Part shown: in pieces, positions 11,990 to 25,677 of the stretch
How positions within the stretch are numbered: the stretch's first letter is position 1
How the letters are laid out: the number at the start of each line of letters is the position of its first letter
Assembly (NCBI RefSeq): GCF_009834535.1
Contig: NC_045696.1
Span: forward strand, 67,830,001-67,894,000
Reading direction: 5' to 3'
Length of the DNA stretch: 64,000 bases
Source: Camelus ferus
Taxonomy: Eukaryota
The notes under the pieces: model-generated
Database searches by the model: none
What the model saw: the letters and a program-made list of their open reading frames with translations, nothing else
What the model was told of the DNA's origin: nothing
Program-made: the position numbers and the translations under genes

Positions 11990-12310
11990 CACCTGCTAGC
12001 TGAAATATTGCTTTCACGGATTTATATTGTATTAAAAGGTCACTGGCTGTTTAAGTCTTAAACAGTTTTAATCATTCTGAAAGTCTCTAACAGTAAGAAA
12101 AGGAAGCTCAGAACAAACAGCAGCAGGGACTCTAATTAAAAGGGCCAATTCATCTAATTTTATTTGGGGTTAATTATTCAGGATTCATTCTTTGATGTGT
12201 AAGGAATAGCAATTAGTAATTTTAGTGATTTGAGAATCATTGGAGGTGTAATCAGTTAAAATGAGCGAGTGTTTACAACACAAGATGGTGAATTAGTCTC
12301 TCTCAGCTGG
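11990..12310. promoter_or_regulatory. Candidate developmental enhancer / conserved-non-coding-like element
   Basis: Unique AT-rich sequence with TAATTA (12133-12138, 12171-12176), further TAAT/ATTA cores, TCF/LEF CTTTGAT (12190-12196) and FOX TGTTTAC (12270-12276). Confidence 0.4.
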
Positions 12311-12619
12311 AGGACAGGAACATTAGGCTCCAAGAGATCAAGGCTAAGGATTGCAGACCCTAGTAATAACAGTCACTTCAAAATAAGACACATGTCAACA
12401 GCGCTGAGCATCCTCTTTCCCTTTAGCTAAGGCAACGCACAGGAGCTTCATGAAATTACCTCTTCCCAGATCTCCATCTTTGCTGCTCTCTCCAACCACG
12501 TCCCTTCATTTGGCTCTTGCCACCATGGTAACCGTAAATGCATCACATTATAAAAGCAATTCTAAATGAACATGCCATTTATAAGCAACAGAAGACCCAG
12601 AATAATCACAGCACTCATT

Positions 12620-13010
12620 TATTCCATGTCTGCATCTGTAACCGATGGCTGGGCATCCTCGTCTGAACCTAGCTCAAGGCTCAAAACTGAATTCAGATCC
12701 TCTAACCCACAGACCTGCTCACCTCCTCTTGTGTCCTCTATTTTTCTATTTACTTCAGGACAATTCTCCCAATTACAAATGTTAGGAGAAAACCCCTTTT
12801 TCCTTTCTTGTCTCATTCATTCACACTGACTATAGCAAGCCATATTAAATCATTCTAAATTTTTCAAACCCATTTACTGCTCTCCAACTCTACTGCCACC
12901 AAAATACTAAGGACTCATATCCAGACTTACGAAACAACCTAAATAGTTTCCATTTCTCCCAACCTATTCTTTTCCAGCGAATCTTACACACTGTTGCCAG
13001 ATTGAAAACT
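12620..13010 (+). mobile_element. LINE-2 ORF2 fragment
   Basis: ctcaaaactgaattcagatcctc...ccagacttacgaaacaacctaaatagtttcc...acactgttgccagattg, the pyrimidine-rich sense L2 region. Confidence 0.65.
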
Positions 13011-13021
13011 TCCATTGCCCC

Positions 13022-13210
13022 TACACAGCCAAAACAATCTTGGGGGTAAAAAGGACAAAGTTGGAGAACTCTTCTTTTCCTGGTTTCAAAACTCACCACA
13101 AAGTTACAGTAATCAATACAGTGTGGTGCTGGGATGAGGGCAGACTTAAGGATCAATGAATTAGAACAGAGAGCCTGGAAACAAACCCTCACAGACATGG
13201 CCAACTGAGT
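13022..13210 (+). mobile_element. Internal L1 ORF2 fragment (degenerate)
   Basis: gccaaaacaatcttg...caaagttggagaac...ctggtttcaaaactcaccacaaagttacagtaatcaatacagtgtggtgctgg...gatcaatgaattagaacagagagcc matches the DFKTYYKATVIKTVWYW...DQWNRIESPE segment of ORF2. Confidence 0.85.
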
Positions 13211-14315
13211 CAGTGGCAGCTGTGCTGGAGTTTTAGATGGTTTGGGAATACCAGAGGGTTGGTAAAGCCCCTGCTCCAGGCTTTTCAAGACCTGAAAGGA
13301 CCTCATCCCTCACAGGCAGAATCCTGAAACAAGATGGGGCTCTTAGGAGAACACGGAGAGCAACTTGACAAGTCTGCTCCACCATCCACCATCCTAGAGT
13401 GTTCCGGTGAGTATGCCTTCTCTGAGATGACTGCTGCAGCGGCAGCTCTGCAAGTTCTGCACTTTACAATGTGCACTTTGCTAAGCCACCTACCCAGTCA
13501 TCTATCCCACTATCTTCCTTGGCTCCAAGAATATGCTCGTGTCTTTGTCTCCATCAGGACTTCCCTCCCCACTGTGTCTTCATTTCAAAACCCAAGCTAT
13601 TCCTGGAGGCGCATGTCACCTGCCAACCCTACCCAGCCTTCCTCAGCTGCCCCTGACAAAGGCACTTCTGTAGCCCCTCTAGAGCATGTGCACGAGGCAT
13701 CTTACTGAGAATATGGGAGCCGTTTACCCGCACTGTGTGTTCCTTGAGGGCACATGTCATGTATGATTCATCGCTCAAGCTCAGAAGTACCTCTTCCCAT
13801 GCCTCAGAGAGCTGAGACAGAAAAGAGTTAAGAAAATACGTGTGGAGTGGTATATGCACGATTCTTGACAATCACAAATTGAATCCTACCCAAATTAAGT
13901 TATTTTTTAAAGGACGAACCTGAGTGGCCATCAATCTCAAAATAGGTGTATGTATGTGGTGGGTGGGTGTGTGTGTGTGAGGGAGACAGAGAGAGGGGCA
14001 TACAACTGTAACTAAAACAATAGCAAAATGAAGTCCTAGCAGCCAAATAAACAAACACTTTGCTCTCTCTGGAATGTTTAGAAATCTTGGAAAGGAACCA
14101 CACAGAGAGCCCTGAGGTGGCACTAACTTGGCACATCAAGTGCTTCTGCTACTGATTAACCTGACGTTTCCTTGGGTCTCGGAGTATTACTAGGTCACTT
14201 TTATTATGGACAAACTGTTCTTGAACAATTTGTAAGACATAAGCAAGCTATTGTGATGAATCAATCGAAGAGGTCGGTTTTGTCCTGAGCACCCGGTGAG
14301 ACAGCCAAGGTGAAA

Positions 14316-14345
14316 CCACCACCACCACCACCACCACCACCACCA
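14316..14345. repeat. (CCA)10 trinucleotide repeat
   Basis: Ten perfect CCA units. Confidence 0.95.
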
Positions 14346-15204
14346 GGCAGCCAGACGAACAGGAACATCCCCAAACCCCAGCACCCTCTGTGCAGCTCTG
14401 GGTGGCGTGTCATGGCCCACGTGGACACGCACAGCGACACCCTCACACCCACAACCAACGGGCAAGCCCGGCATCACCGGCAAACCCCAAAGGCCCTCCA
14501 AAATCTATTAGTCCATGAACTTACATCTTTTTAATTAGAATAGAGAATTCAAAACATAATCTCCTGATAAATCAAGTTTCGTCCCTAGGGAGGCACTCCA
14601 AGAAAAACCTCATTCCATGTATTTCATTCAGTCCGCTTTCTCCACTTCCTCAGATTAGGAAGTCACATGATAGGAGACAGTTCACAAATGCAAAGCTTGG
14701 TGACGTGTTCTGGGCAGAAGTTCAGGCACCAGTGTTATTTCAGCAGACCTGGTCCGGCTGCCCAAAGACATAACTTAGCTGAGCGCGGACCTCCCCCGCT
14801 ACTCCTGCCTGCTTCACTGGGCCAGCTGCCTCAGAAGGGCTTTCATTCCAAAGGGCAATGGATTTATGGCTCTCTTTTATTTCTCCAACACCAGTTCCAC
14901 TTCTCTGAGTTTCAAGTTCAGTGAGCTCAGCCTTGGCATTCAAGGTTCTCCTTACATCTCATCCTTAAGAGCATTTGTCCCAGGTCCATTTGCCAAGGAT
15001 ATGATGGCAGTTTCCTTCCTGGCACCTGAGTCTGCAGTATCACGCTTCTTCTTATAAGCAGAACCATCCCGATATTTGCATTACCTCTCCAAGTCCTACT
15101 GGCACTTTCATGGCTTAACTGGCATGAATGGTACAACTTTATAAACTCACAAAATCTTCAGATTAGAAAGAAATTAGAATGGAATAAGGAGGCTCTGCTG
15201 GTCT

Positions 15205-15426
15205 ATGGGTCAGCAAACAATGGCAAATGGCCCAATCCAGACCAACTCCTATTTTGTAAATCAAGTTTTATTGGAACACAGCGACAATCATTGACTTAGT
15301 TATTGTCTATGGCTTTTTTATTGTCTGTGTTCTATTGGCCGAATTGAGTAACTGAGACAAAGACTTACAGCCTGCAAAACCTCAAATATTTTCTATCTAG
15401 ACTTACAGAAAAATTTGCCAACTCCG
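15205..15426. mobile_element. MER58A-like hAT MITE, inserted in a MIR remnant
   Basis: gggtcagcaaac...ttttgtaaatcaagttttattggaacacagc...tattgtctatggc...acagaaaaatttgccaactcc, followed by MIR-like ctcattttacagatgag. Confidence 0.85.
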
Positions 15427-15722
15427 TTCTAGTCCTTGAACTCATTTTACAGATGAGAAGATTAAAATTCAGTAAGGTTAAACACTGTTCTTAGGGAGTA
15501 AGTAAAATTCCCAAAGCACAATGATCAGGGCAATGCTAGGCATGTGGTGCATACACACTCAGGAAATACTAGATCTGTCCAGTGGTTGACAGGAAATTTT
15601 AAGTTCCTTTAATGTGGAACAATGCTCAGATTTTCCTTTTTTAAAGACAGCATTGTTGCCCTTGAGAAATTTGCTGTCTAGAGGAGAGGACAGACATACA
15701 CATGATAATTTCAACATAATAT

Positions 15723-16221
15723 TGTATTAGTTTTCTACTGTTGCTGCATAAACCACAAACAACTATTTAAAACAACATACATTTACTATCTCACAGTTCT
15801 ATAAATAAGAAGGTTGTCATGAATCTCACCAGGCTAAAATCAAGGTGTCAGTAGGGTTGCCTACCTTGCTGGAATCTCTAGGGAAAATCTATTCCCTTGT
15901 CTTTTCCTGCTTCTGAAGGCTGCCCTCATTCCTTGGCTTGTGGCCCCTTTCCTCCATGTTCAAAGCCAGCAAAGGCTACTGAGTTCTTTCTCAAATCTCA
16001 TCATTCCAAAGACCTCTTCTGTCTCCACCATCCATTTCTAAGGACCCTCGGCATATCGTTGGGCCTACTCAGATCCTGCAGGGTAATTTCTCTATCTTAA
16101 AGTTATCTGTTAGCAACCTTAATTCCATCTGCAAATTTTACTCCCCTTTGCCGTGTAATCGGACATAGTCACAGGAGATTACAACGTGGACATCTTTGGA
16201 GCCATTACTGTGCTAACCATA
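15723..16221 (-). mobile_element. MaLR solo LTR (MLT1D-like), nested in an L2 remnant
   Basis: About 500 bp from tgtattagttttctactgttgc to ggagccattactgtgctaaccata, with internal ggctaaaatcaaggtgtcag and cattccttggcttgtggcccc typical of MLT1. Confidence 0.85.
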
Positions 16222-19039
16222 AGGTGTCATGAAGAAGGGAAGTATTCACACAGTGTTATATCCTGAAAGGACAACGCATCAGCAGAGGGCACAGTGTAGA
16301 CAAGAGACAAAGCCCTTCCGTAGTACAAGTCTTCTGGAGTCTCCAGACAGTTTCTAAAAATATCATCATATTTCACCATATTTTTTAATTTAAATGTATT
16401 ATTTAAAATAGTTTCATCTTGTTCCATACACATAGTCCTTTTCTATTTACAACCATCATGTTGGTACCACATTTAAGAAAAGAATTAAATATTAAGTAAG
16501 GAATTTTAGGCAGTAAGTTTGAGTTAGAATTTCACAGTCTCCCTGTGGGACTGCATCTCTTAGGGCAGTTTTGTGGATGAGAAAACTCAGCAAGACAAGG
16601 AACCTGCCCTCAAAGACCCCAACTAAAGCCTACAGAAAGTGACTTCATCTCTCTGAACCAAATAAGCAGAATGAAGAATGTTAGGGCAGTGTTTTCAAGA
16701 TAATGATCTACACGGCAATGCCTAAAAAAGAGGGTGAGAAAATCTATTATTTTGAGAAAAGTAAATATTATGATTTAGCAAAATGATGGAGATATATCCA
16801 GCATATACCTGAGATGCTGGAAACATTTCAAGTATATTTAGCTCTTCAGACAAAAATATAACTGAGACTAAAAGACATAAAAATACGTGTCTTTACTGTT
16901 ATTAAGATTTAGAAAGAAAAGTTATATTTGTTTAGAAAAAAAATTCAGAATTTCACAGAAACATTAACAAAGATCTATCAATAAAGTGTAGCTGCATTTA
17001 CAAATCTAAGGCATAAAAGTGAAAACTGAAGAGAAATTATCCGGTTTGAGAACGTGTTAGTGCCAAAAAACCAGAAGTACTCAAGTAGGGGCGAGAAGAC
17101 TGCTTGATGTGAACATTATAAGGGAGATTTGAGCTTTACAAATTCAAGAGACCCAGCCAATGTTCTTTGAAGGCCCTTTCAACACTGGTAGTTTATGATT
17201 ACATGACTCAAAGAATAAGAGCCAATTAATGGCAGTAAGTAAGAGACTCAGGTTTCTTTTTCATGAGTACAGTCAGAAAATGCCCTCTGATGCCTCGATA
17301 GGACACTTATCCTAACTATAAGTAGGTGCTTACTGAGGATAGGACATGGAAGTAATTCTCTAATAAGCAAGATCATGCAAAAAGCATCTTGTAATGTAGA
17401 CAGAACCCGTGGTCTGATCCTGACTCCCATGTCTTGCTGCCTCATTGAAAATGAAGCTATTTGTATTCAGAATTTCCCCCAAAAGTTGTATTTTACTCAC
17501 TGTAAGGCCATAATTCTCCAAAGGACAAATGACCATTCACCAAATGATGTGAAGGGGAGCACCTAGGTTGTCAATTCTTGCAAATCATCTCCCTCGGGAA
17601 TCCATAAACTTGTTGACTTAATAGGTGAATAAAAATCTGCTAGAAAGGCTTCAAAACGTGTGAGAACTTTCTGACCTGGCCCTTGTTAACTGAGATGGAG
17701 GTGATGCAACGATATTTCTTAAGTTAAGGTGTACACATTTCCACCCCTCACAATAAAACCAAGTAAAATACCAAATTACCAAGACGGAAAATCCCCACCG
17801 TAAACAACTAGAGCTACCCAGGAGGGAAAAACAAGACATCCAGTCACAGGCGCTCAGCGCCCTCCTGTTCAGAGAAAACATACACACGTTCCCACGCAGA
17901 ACCCTTTCCTGGTGAATAGAGTTAAAGGTGCAGGAAATCGTTGGATAGAGACATTATATTACTTGGACAAAACTGAACTAGATTATGTTTGTTTATTAGA
18001 TTACGGCTTTAGGCACATTGTTCTTTGCTAAGAGCTCCTGACATGAGTCGACACACACATTCTTTGGAATGAAGGCTTTTGTGAGAGTATTTTACGGTGC
18101 TTAGGCTCTTAAAAAGACTTGTGAAAGCTTTCACACCAGAGGATTAAACCCAATCTTTGGGGCCACCACATTAGGAGGGTCCAGTTCACTTCACACATCC
18201 TTAACTAGGATATGTGAGCTTTCTTGGACATAATGCCAAATGGTTCCAACTCATTCACTGTGGAATTTCTCATGTGAACCCTCACCCACTCATCTTAGTC
18301 ACAAACCAAACACCAGATCCTGAGAGCTGGTGGCTGGAATTCAACAAGGTTTCCTTTCTACCTGTCACTAAAAGGTGGGATATACTCTTGGTTTTATTTT
18401 TATTTAAATTTCAGTCAGGACCTTCTTAAAATAATAAATTCCCAGAACATATTATATCACATGTCCTAATTTCATATTTTTCTTTGAATAAAAGATCATG
18501 GATTAAACATCATGGCATCCACTTGGGTTCTAGTTTGGTTCTGTTGGTTGGTTTTCATTATAAGGCTTTTTCAGCCTTGAATTGGGGCTGAAATTAGACA
18601 GGTGTATGGAATTCTGAGAGTCTCACTTTAAGCTTCCTTAACATATAAAGGGCTCAGAATGACTGTTCATCCCAAACCATCAGAGGTACAACTGTAAGAA
18701 GACTACACATTTCTAGAAACAAAAAGACCTCAACATTTTATTCAAACACCAGCAGCCTTTGTTTCCCTAGTATCTAAAATGCCGGGCTGTGGAGTGCCTC
18801 GTAAACCCGTCAGTTACAAACTAAGTGTAAGTATGGCTCTATCCTATTAGTCAATGATGTATATATATCTTGTTTTTCTGTTGATCACTGTCTGCAAAAT
18901 CATGTGAAATCATGACATCTCACTGTCTCATCAACCAACAAAGAAAGGGTTCCTTGGTTAAAACTGACAGAAACCAGTAAGGTACACCTCAATACTTGTT
19001 CTCCCTTTTTCTTAAATCTTTCATCTGCAGAATCATGTA

Positions 19040-19205
19040 CCCCAATATTGTACAATAGAAATTTCTGCAATTTGGGAAATGTTCTATACTGTGTCAATCA
19101 ATACTCGTCAAGTGTGGCTTTTGGGTACTTGAAATGTGGCTAGTAACTGAGAGGCTAAATTTTTTAATTTAATTCAAGTTTAACTAACTTAGATTCAAAT
19201 TCAAA
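19040..19205. mobile_element. MER3-like hAT MITE
   Basis: tgtacaatagaaatttctgcaatttgggaaatgttctata...gtggcttttgggtacttgaaatgtggctagtaactgagaggctaaatttttta. Confidence 0.8.
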
Positions 19206-20391
19206 TTTGCAGCGTCCACATCAGGCCTCACAGATTTAGTCATATTTTACTTAAAATGGTTTGTTCCACTCCCCATCCCCACAAAAAAAGAATTCCGCTA
19301 TGAAAGCAAGAAATCCAACTTTCCTGTCTGAATCAAGATTTCAATAACAAATAACTTGAACCATATAAAGATTTTAGGTTAAGAGCTGGAAACATGAATG
19401 CACACCTACATTTCCATTTATTTAAATGGAGCAATACCTTTGGGAAGAATAATTACATCTTCCTTTCTCTCAAAGCTCCAGACCCAATACTGTGTTGAGC
19501 ACACTTACAAATGAGAGGCTGTGAATGTCCTAGTATGAAAAGTAAGAAGCAGCACAGGTGCCAGTGCTGGTCCTGCCCCGGGCTTGCCGTAGACCTGAGA
19601 CAGCACACAGACAGCACTCGGGCTTCAGAAGGCTGTTCTGATGATCAAGTTACAGAAAACATGCAAGGGTTTCTCAGGAAAGCCTAGCGTAGGGCAGGCA
19701 GTGAACAAACGCTGGTTAGAGTCTACTCTCCACCCATCTCACCAAAAGGTAGAAGAGCAAGAGGTCTGTACAGTGTGTAAAGATCCTACTCAGCCAGGTC
19801 GTATCCTAGCCATGACGAGCCAGCACGCTGCTCACGTCCTCTCACACAGAGGAGAGCATTTAGTAAAACTAAGTCGGGCAGAACTGGATGCTTGCAAGGC
19901 CTCTTTCTTTTTAAAGACACTGCAAAGGTGGCTAAGAAAATCTAAAATGGAACTGGTGATGAGGAGGTGTTTACACAAGGACAGACAGATATTAACGGAA
20001 CAAAATATGCATGCGTGCACACTAAATACACATAATAGTAAAAGAGACGGCAAAGTGAATGAGTAACGGTCAGTTTACTCACTAAATGGAACTGCAAAAA
20101 CATACACATATAAGTCATTTAAAAAATTAATTTAGATCCTTACTTTAAACTAAAATTAGTTCCAGTTTGATTAAAAGCTGAATATTATTAAAAAAAAATA
20201 AATAAAAAAGGAAATCAATTTGTACATGCTTCCAAATTGGAACAAAATTGGAAATAAACACCCAGCAAGGTAATGCACACATACACATACATAAAGCTCG
20301 CACAAATTGTCTAAAGACACTAACACAACAATACACAATTTTAAAAAATTTCAATGAAAAGGATATACATATGAGGGACAGTAGAATATCA

Positions 20392-20600
20392 GGCTAAAGA
20401 CTATAGAATTTAGAACCACAAACATGCCACCAATTCACTTCATTACATTGGCCATATTGCTTAGTGCCTTGTTTCTCAGTTTCCCTATCAGAAAAATGAA
20501 AAGTAATAGTAATAATAATAGCACTTATTTTAAAAGTTAATTTAAAGAAGTAGAAGAGGTAATGAATAAAGAGAATTTAGCATGGTAGCTGACTATACAT
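20392..20600 (+). mobile_element. MIR SINE (degenerate)
   Basis: MIR core-like tttctcagtttccctatcagaaaaatgaaaagtaatag...tagcactta. Confidence 0.6.
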
Positions 20601-22814
20601 ACCAAATGTATAGCTGGTTTACAAATAGGTGGGAAAAGTTGCTGTATTAATAATTCAAGAAAAGAAAAAAAAAGTTTCTCATAAAATTAGCATATTTTTA
20701 AAAACATTACCAGCATATGGTTAAATAGGCATTATCATGCATTACTAATAGAAGCTTAATTTACTAAATTTAGGATTAAAATTTGGGGAAATTAATCCAG
20801 AGTTTTAAAAATGCATCCTACCATTAGATTTAATAATTCCACAAATGAGAGCCAATCTGAAATACTGGGTGGGATGATGTGGGTAGAGATGGGAATGGAG
20901 GGGGTGGGGAAGCTAGGCCCAAAGACTTCAATAGTGAAAAACTGAAAACAACCCGAAGTTCCTATGTGAGAATACCAGTTACATGGACATTAAAATTCTG
21001 CCTGTAATTACTTTACTTGATAAGGCTTGGCATATATAAAAAGTCATCCACAGGGAAAGTATTGCTATTCAAGCCTCAAAAAATGAAGAACATGGATTAG
21101 AAATACTTGGTAACACTGTACGGCCCTGGTTACATTACAGCTTCTTTCAACAGCTCCTCATAAGACATGGTGTCAATCACTCTCTCCATCTTGGCTGGCT
21201 TTCTCTGGATGACAATATCTATTTTACACTGGAATGCTTAGAATTGAACGCCAAAGTTTCCCAGTGGAGGTCAGGCTAGGAGAGAGTGTACTAAGACATG
21301 AGGCAAACTCTATTCCATTAACGGACTCCCCTTGCTCTGTACTGCTGATTCTTATCGCATCTATTCAAGGAACACACTCCCAGTCGCACACTTTCAGGCA
21401 TCCCCCACTGGCTCCTTATCATCTTCATCATGTCCCTTGCTTTCAACACTTTACCAACGTTCTTTCAAAATAAAAATTTAGAGGTGAATCTTACACATAT
21501 GGTTGTAGAAACTATGAACAGTTTCCTGAAACTTTACCATGCTTTTTAATTCACAGATGCAGAATCTGGAATAGCCTATTCTTGCACACTGGAATAAAGT
21601 CAGTGCTGATAATGGGCAAAGGATTAACAAGAATGCTGTTCCGTTGGTAACACAGGCCCTTGAAAATGTTAAGTCTTCTGCAGCAGACAAAGCTGGGTTT
21701 TCAAGTTCCACTACTCTCTCTAGGAGATGTTTAATCCAGAGATCAGTCCTTTAGTCTTCAAAAACCAAAGCAGAGAGAATACTTAAGGAGTATCTTGTTC
21801 AGTCTCTTTGCAGATGATGGAAGTAACCGAATCTCAAGTAGAGATGCCATTCGCAAGCGCACACGGATGATTTGTGAGAGAAGCTCTGAACAGCCTAGAT
21901 ATCTGCACTCCAACCCCACCCTACTGTAAGAACTATATACACTTTGTTTATGGATCCTGTTCAGATTTAAAAATGGCGAAAGGCAGGCACAGTCAACAAA
22001 GTTGGTGTCAGTGCTGATGAATAGAAAGATGTCTTCAAACTAATGAGGAAGCTCTTTATTTTCCAAAAATTTTCATCATAAGGCAGACAAAACTAAAGCT
22101 AGAAATTTTACACAATTAGTCAATGTGCAGGAAATGATTTCATCAAACTGCTGCTGTAAGATTATCAATGAACTCTCCATCTCTCCTTGAATGTAGATAT
22201 TCCAATTTCTAGGAAGAGATTCATGAACACAAAAAAGATGAAAAACTGTTAACTAAGACAAAACATGGACATTTAACAGGGGCATTCTCCCGGTCTCAAA
22301 ATGAAGGATTCCCCAGTGAATAGTCAACAAATATTACTAAGGGAAAATAAGTATGCTTTGAACCTGATTCTACTGATGATAATCAGATATTAAAGTTCAG
22401 AAATAGGTCTGGCGGGCAATATTATGAAACCCTATTTTCCCTTGAGGTCACATTAGATTAGAAAGGTCCCCATGAAAGAGGATTCCCAGAATTTCCTTTT
22501 CCATGGTTTTATTTTAAAAAGCAAAAAGGCAAAGCCAAAGTGAAAAAAAATATTTTGGAAAATAGAGCTAATGAAGCAGGTTTCCTGGAAAAGTCAACAG
22601 AAACACACTCTGAGCCAGGGGCATGGGGAACCACTATATAAATTCTTCTCCCTTCCTCCTACTAGTGGGCTCTCCTGAGACCCACTGGTGTGGGGGGCTT
22701 TTGTGAAGACATGCTGTAAAACCAAGCAATCAGTTTCACTTGTTAGAAAGCATGGCCAGCTTGGTAACGTGGCCTTTATAGCCCCTCTCCCTCCTTCTGT
22801 GTCTCCATCTCTTT

Positions 22815-22976
22815 TTTGTTAATTTAATTTTTTTTATTGAGATGTAGTTGACTTACAATGTTTCAGGTGTACAGCAAAGTGATTCAGTGTGTATATATAT
22901 ATATTCTTTTTCAGATCCTTTTCCATTATAGGCTATAACAAGATACTGAATATAGTTCCCTGTGCTCTACAGTAGG
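22815..22976 (-). mobile_element. Short L1 3' end
   Basis: tttttattgagatgtagttgacttacaatgtttcaggtgtacagcaaagtgattcag...ttccattataggctataacaagatactgaatatagttccctgtgct. Confidence 0.9.
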
Positions 22977-23659
22977 TCTCTGATGTCTCACTTTTCTTTT
23001 TCCCTGCTTCCCTTTCTTGCTTCCCTGAGTCTGCTCCCTCCAATCAAGCAACATACATACATACGTACACTTTTGCCTCAGGCTATGTGTTCTAGTCTAA
23101 GACACCTCCTTTGTACTATGCTTGGTACAGAAGACCCACTTCCTCAACTTAGGGCATGGGAGGAATCAGTATAGCCAAGGCTTAGAATGGGCTCAGCCTG
23201 GGCTTATTTCAGTACCTTTACTTACAGTGCTTTTTAAATTAAGACAACTCTGCTACAAACGTAATACTAAAGTATATTCTAGATAATTTAAGAATGCTAG
23301 TTGTTTGGGCTTCAATGCAAAAGAATCTCTAATGTTAATCTAGTTTACCTGACTAGGTAAGTACAACTTAGACTAACCTGGTGTCCCTCCCAACCACTTG
23401 GAGTTTAAACCCTAATCCTATAACACACCTACATTGTGCCCCTAGAGCTAAGCCTACCTCCAGAAAACGGAGAAACAGGCAAAACAAAAGACCACATTTT
23501 CTAATCTCCTCTTCCATAAAACAGTACCACTCCTATACTCATACAAAAGCCACAAGATCAACAAACATTTTTCAAAAGGCCTCCTAACATGTTCTTCATG
23601 GTTGAGAGAAATTTTTTAGACTCAACTACAAACGGTGAAAATTTTACAACAGAAACTAA

Positions 23660-23845
23660 ATTATATGATATCTGGGGTTAGTTTCAAAATAATCTTGGGC
23701 AAGGGAAAGAAATACAGATGAAACAAGACTGGCCTGAGTCAAATCATTGCCGCAGCTGGATAAGACATTCATGGAGGTTTATTACAGTATTCTTTTACTT
23801 TTGTGTATGTTCAAATTTTTCTATAGTAAATTGTTTAAAAAATGA
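23660..23845 (+). mobile_element. Old L1 (L1ME/L1MC-like) 3' end
   Basis: gatatctggggttagtttcaaaataatc...agatgaaacaagactggc...catggaggtttattacagtattcttttacttttgtgtatgtt. Confidence 0.7.
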
Positions 23846-25677
23846 AAAGTATGTAAGTTGTGATAGCAAGCCCCACTCTCCTAAGGCTAAGAAAAGTAAT
23901 GCAGCTTAACTGTGTTCACCTCATTTCTTAGTGAAATGTGCTGCCCTCATCCTGTTTTACAAAATAAAAAAGACAATTCTTCAGGATCAAGATAAAGCCC
24001 AACTTCAAGCCAGTCTCAGCCAGTATGTTTAATGTTTCATGTAGGTTGGAAGTGCCTTAAATCCCTGCTGAATCTTCTATACACATACCCAGTTCTACCC
24101 CATATCCAAGCTCTCCTTCAATTATCTCTCCAGAAGCTTTAAAAGGTGCCTAGTGGATGCAAAACTAATAGTACCACTTGGTTCATATTTACTAGAAAAT
24201 ATTTGCACTGGAACTCTAACTTGTGAACGCCTGAGGTAACTGTACAAGTACAATATTTGCATTTGCCTAAGGAAATGAACTAAAAATACAGTATCTACTG
24301 CTCCACATATCAGCTTAGAGTTTAATTCCAATACACTGTGCATTATATCAATAATATCATCATTATTTGTATAGCACCGATCCAGTGACCTCAGAGGATG
24401 AGGGGAACACAACCAGATTTTGAGTCTCAAATCATGCCCCTGAGGAGTGCAAGTGTTGGAAGAAATGACACTTAAATGATGTGATTCCAAATTTGGGAGT
24501 ATTTCATGTACTTAGACCCACCATAGTGAAGAGATAGTATTTCACTCTCGGTGGGAAAACTCCATATAGGCAAATTCTAGCATTTTAAAGATTTTTTCTC
24601 TTAAAAAAAAAAAAAAAACAAAATGGAATAGAAATTAGATTGGCACCCAAATGCCTCAATATTCCAGTACATCTTTCCTGTGTACTAGGAACGTTTGAAA
24701 CTTACATTGTTTCACTGTACAATAAGTTAGTGAATTTAGGATGGGGTGAGTTACAGAGTAAGAAAAGATCTGAACGTCATGGCACCAACCTCTTACCTTC
24801 CTGAAATAACTGCTCTCCTAGCTCACCCAGAATAGTATTGTCCATACTAAAGACTTCAGCACCCTCTGGGGAACCCTGCTCCATTTTTTAACAGGACCAA
24901 ATTCTGGGAAAGATTCACTTGGTTTGACCATCTATTCAGAAAACTGAATGCTTCCTTCTAACGGTTCTCAAATGGTTCTTTTCCAGATGTGAAATTTTGT
25001 GACTCTTAGGTAAATTTCTGGTTTGGATACCAAAGGGTAGTGCTTGAGTTTCCAAAGAGTTAATGCAAATACTAGAGCAGCCTAAATTTCTGCAAGGAGC
25101 TCTGACTTGTTACCTCCTGCCTTTCCTCAAAGAATCAGGGACTAAGTGATTGCTGCCTCCTCTACACAAGCAATCCTAAAAGTAACTATAGACGATGATC
25201 ATGTCACTTCATGTACTTTCTTCCTTGGACTTAGCTCCTCTTCTCATAAATCACAGCATTTTCTAATGTCCTAGCTCCACTGGTTCAGCCTACTGATGTG
25301 CTCAATGTGCTCAGATTCTTCTTAAACTCAGAAGCTAAGGTTAGCTCTGTCATCGGTGGCCAAAAGAAATGCAACGTTTCTTCAAAATACTGCGGAATGT
25401 TTTCACGCCTTCAACCACATTGACACGCACCAAGCCCCATCCTGACTCCATAAAGCAAACCCCACTCAGAATTAACCCATTGTTCAAGTCCAGCACGAAA
25501 GTCATCTCCTCCATCAAGCCTTTGCTGAGCTCTTCATTCAAATTATTTTCTGTTTTCATTGCATTCTCATGGTAGATATCTGTGTCTTCTGCATAGAAAT
25601 TTCACTTTCTGCCTTGTAATTGTATCTATACCTCCCTGCTGATGGAAATGATGATTAGTTTATATGTCCTCCCATAG

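Noticed and set aside
14190..14534. Poly-Pro, poly-Gly and poly-Trp ORFs
   Set aside because: Produced by the (CCA)10 repeat; no splice or homology support.
16279..16292. CTCF-like cores (TCAGCAGAGGGCAC; also 34640-34652)
   Set aside because: Partial matches only, the first within an L2 remnant; cannot be supported without PWM or ChIP data.
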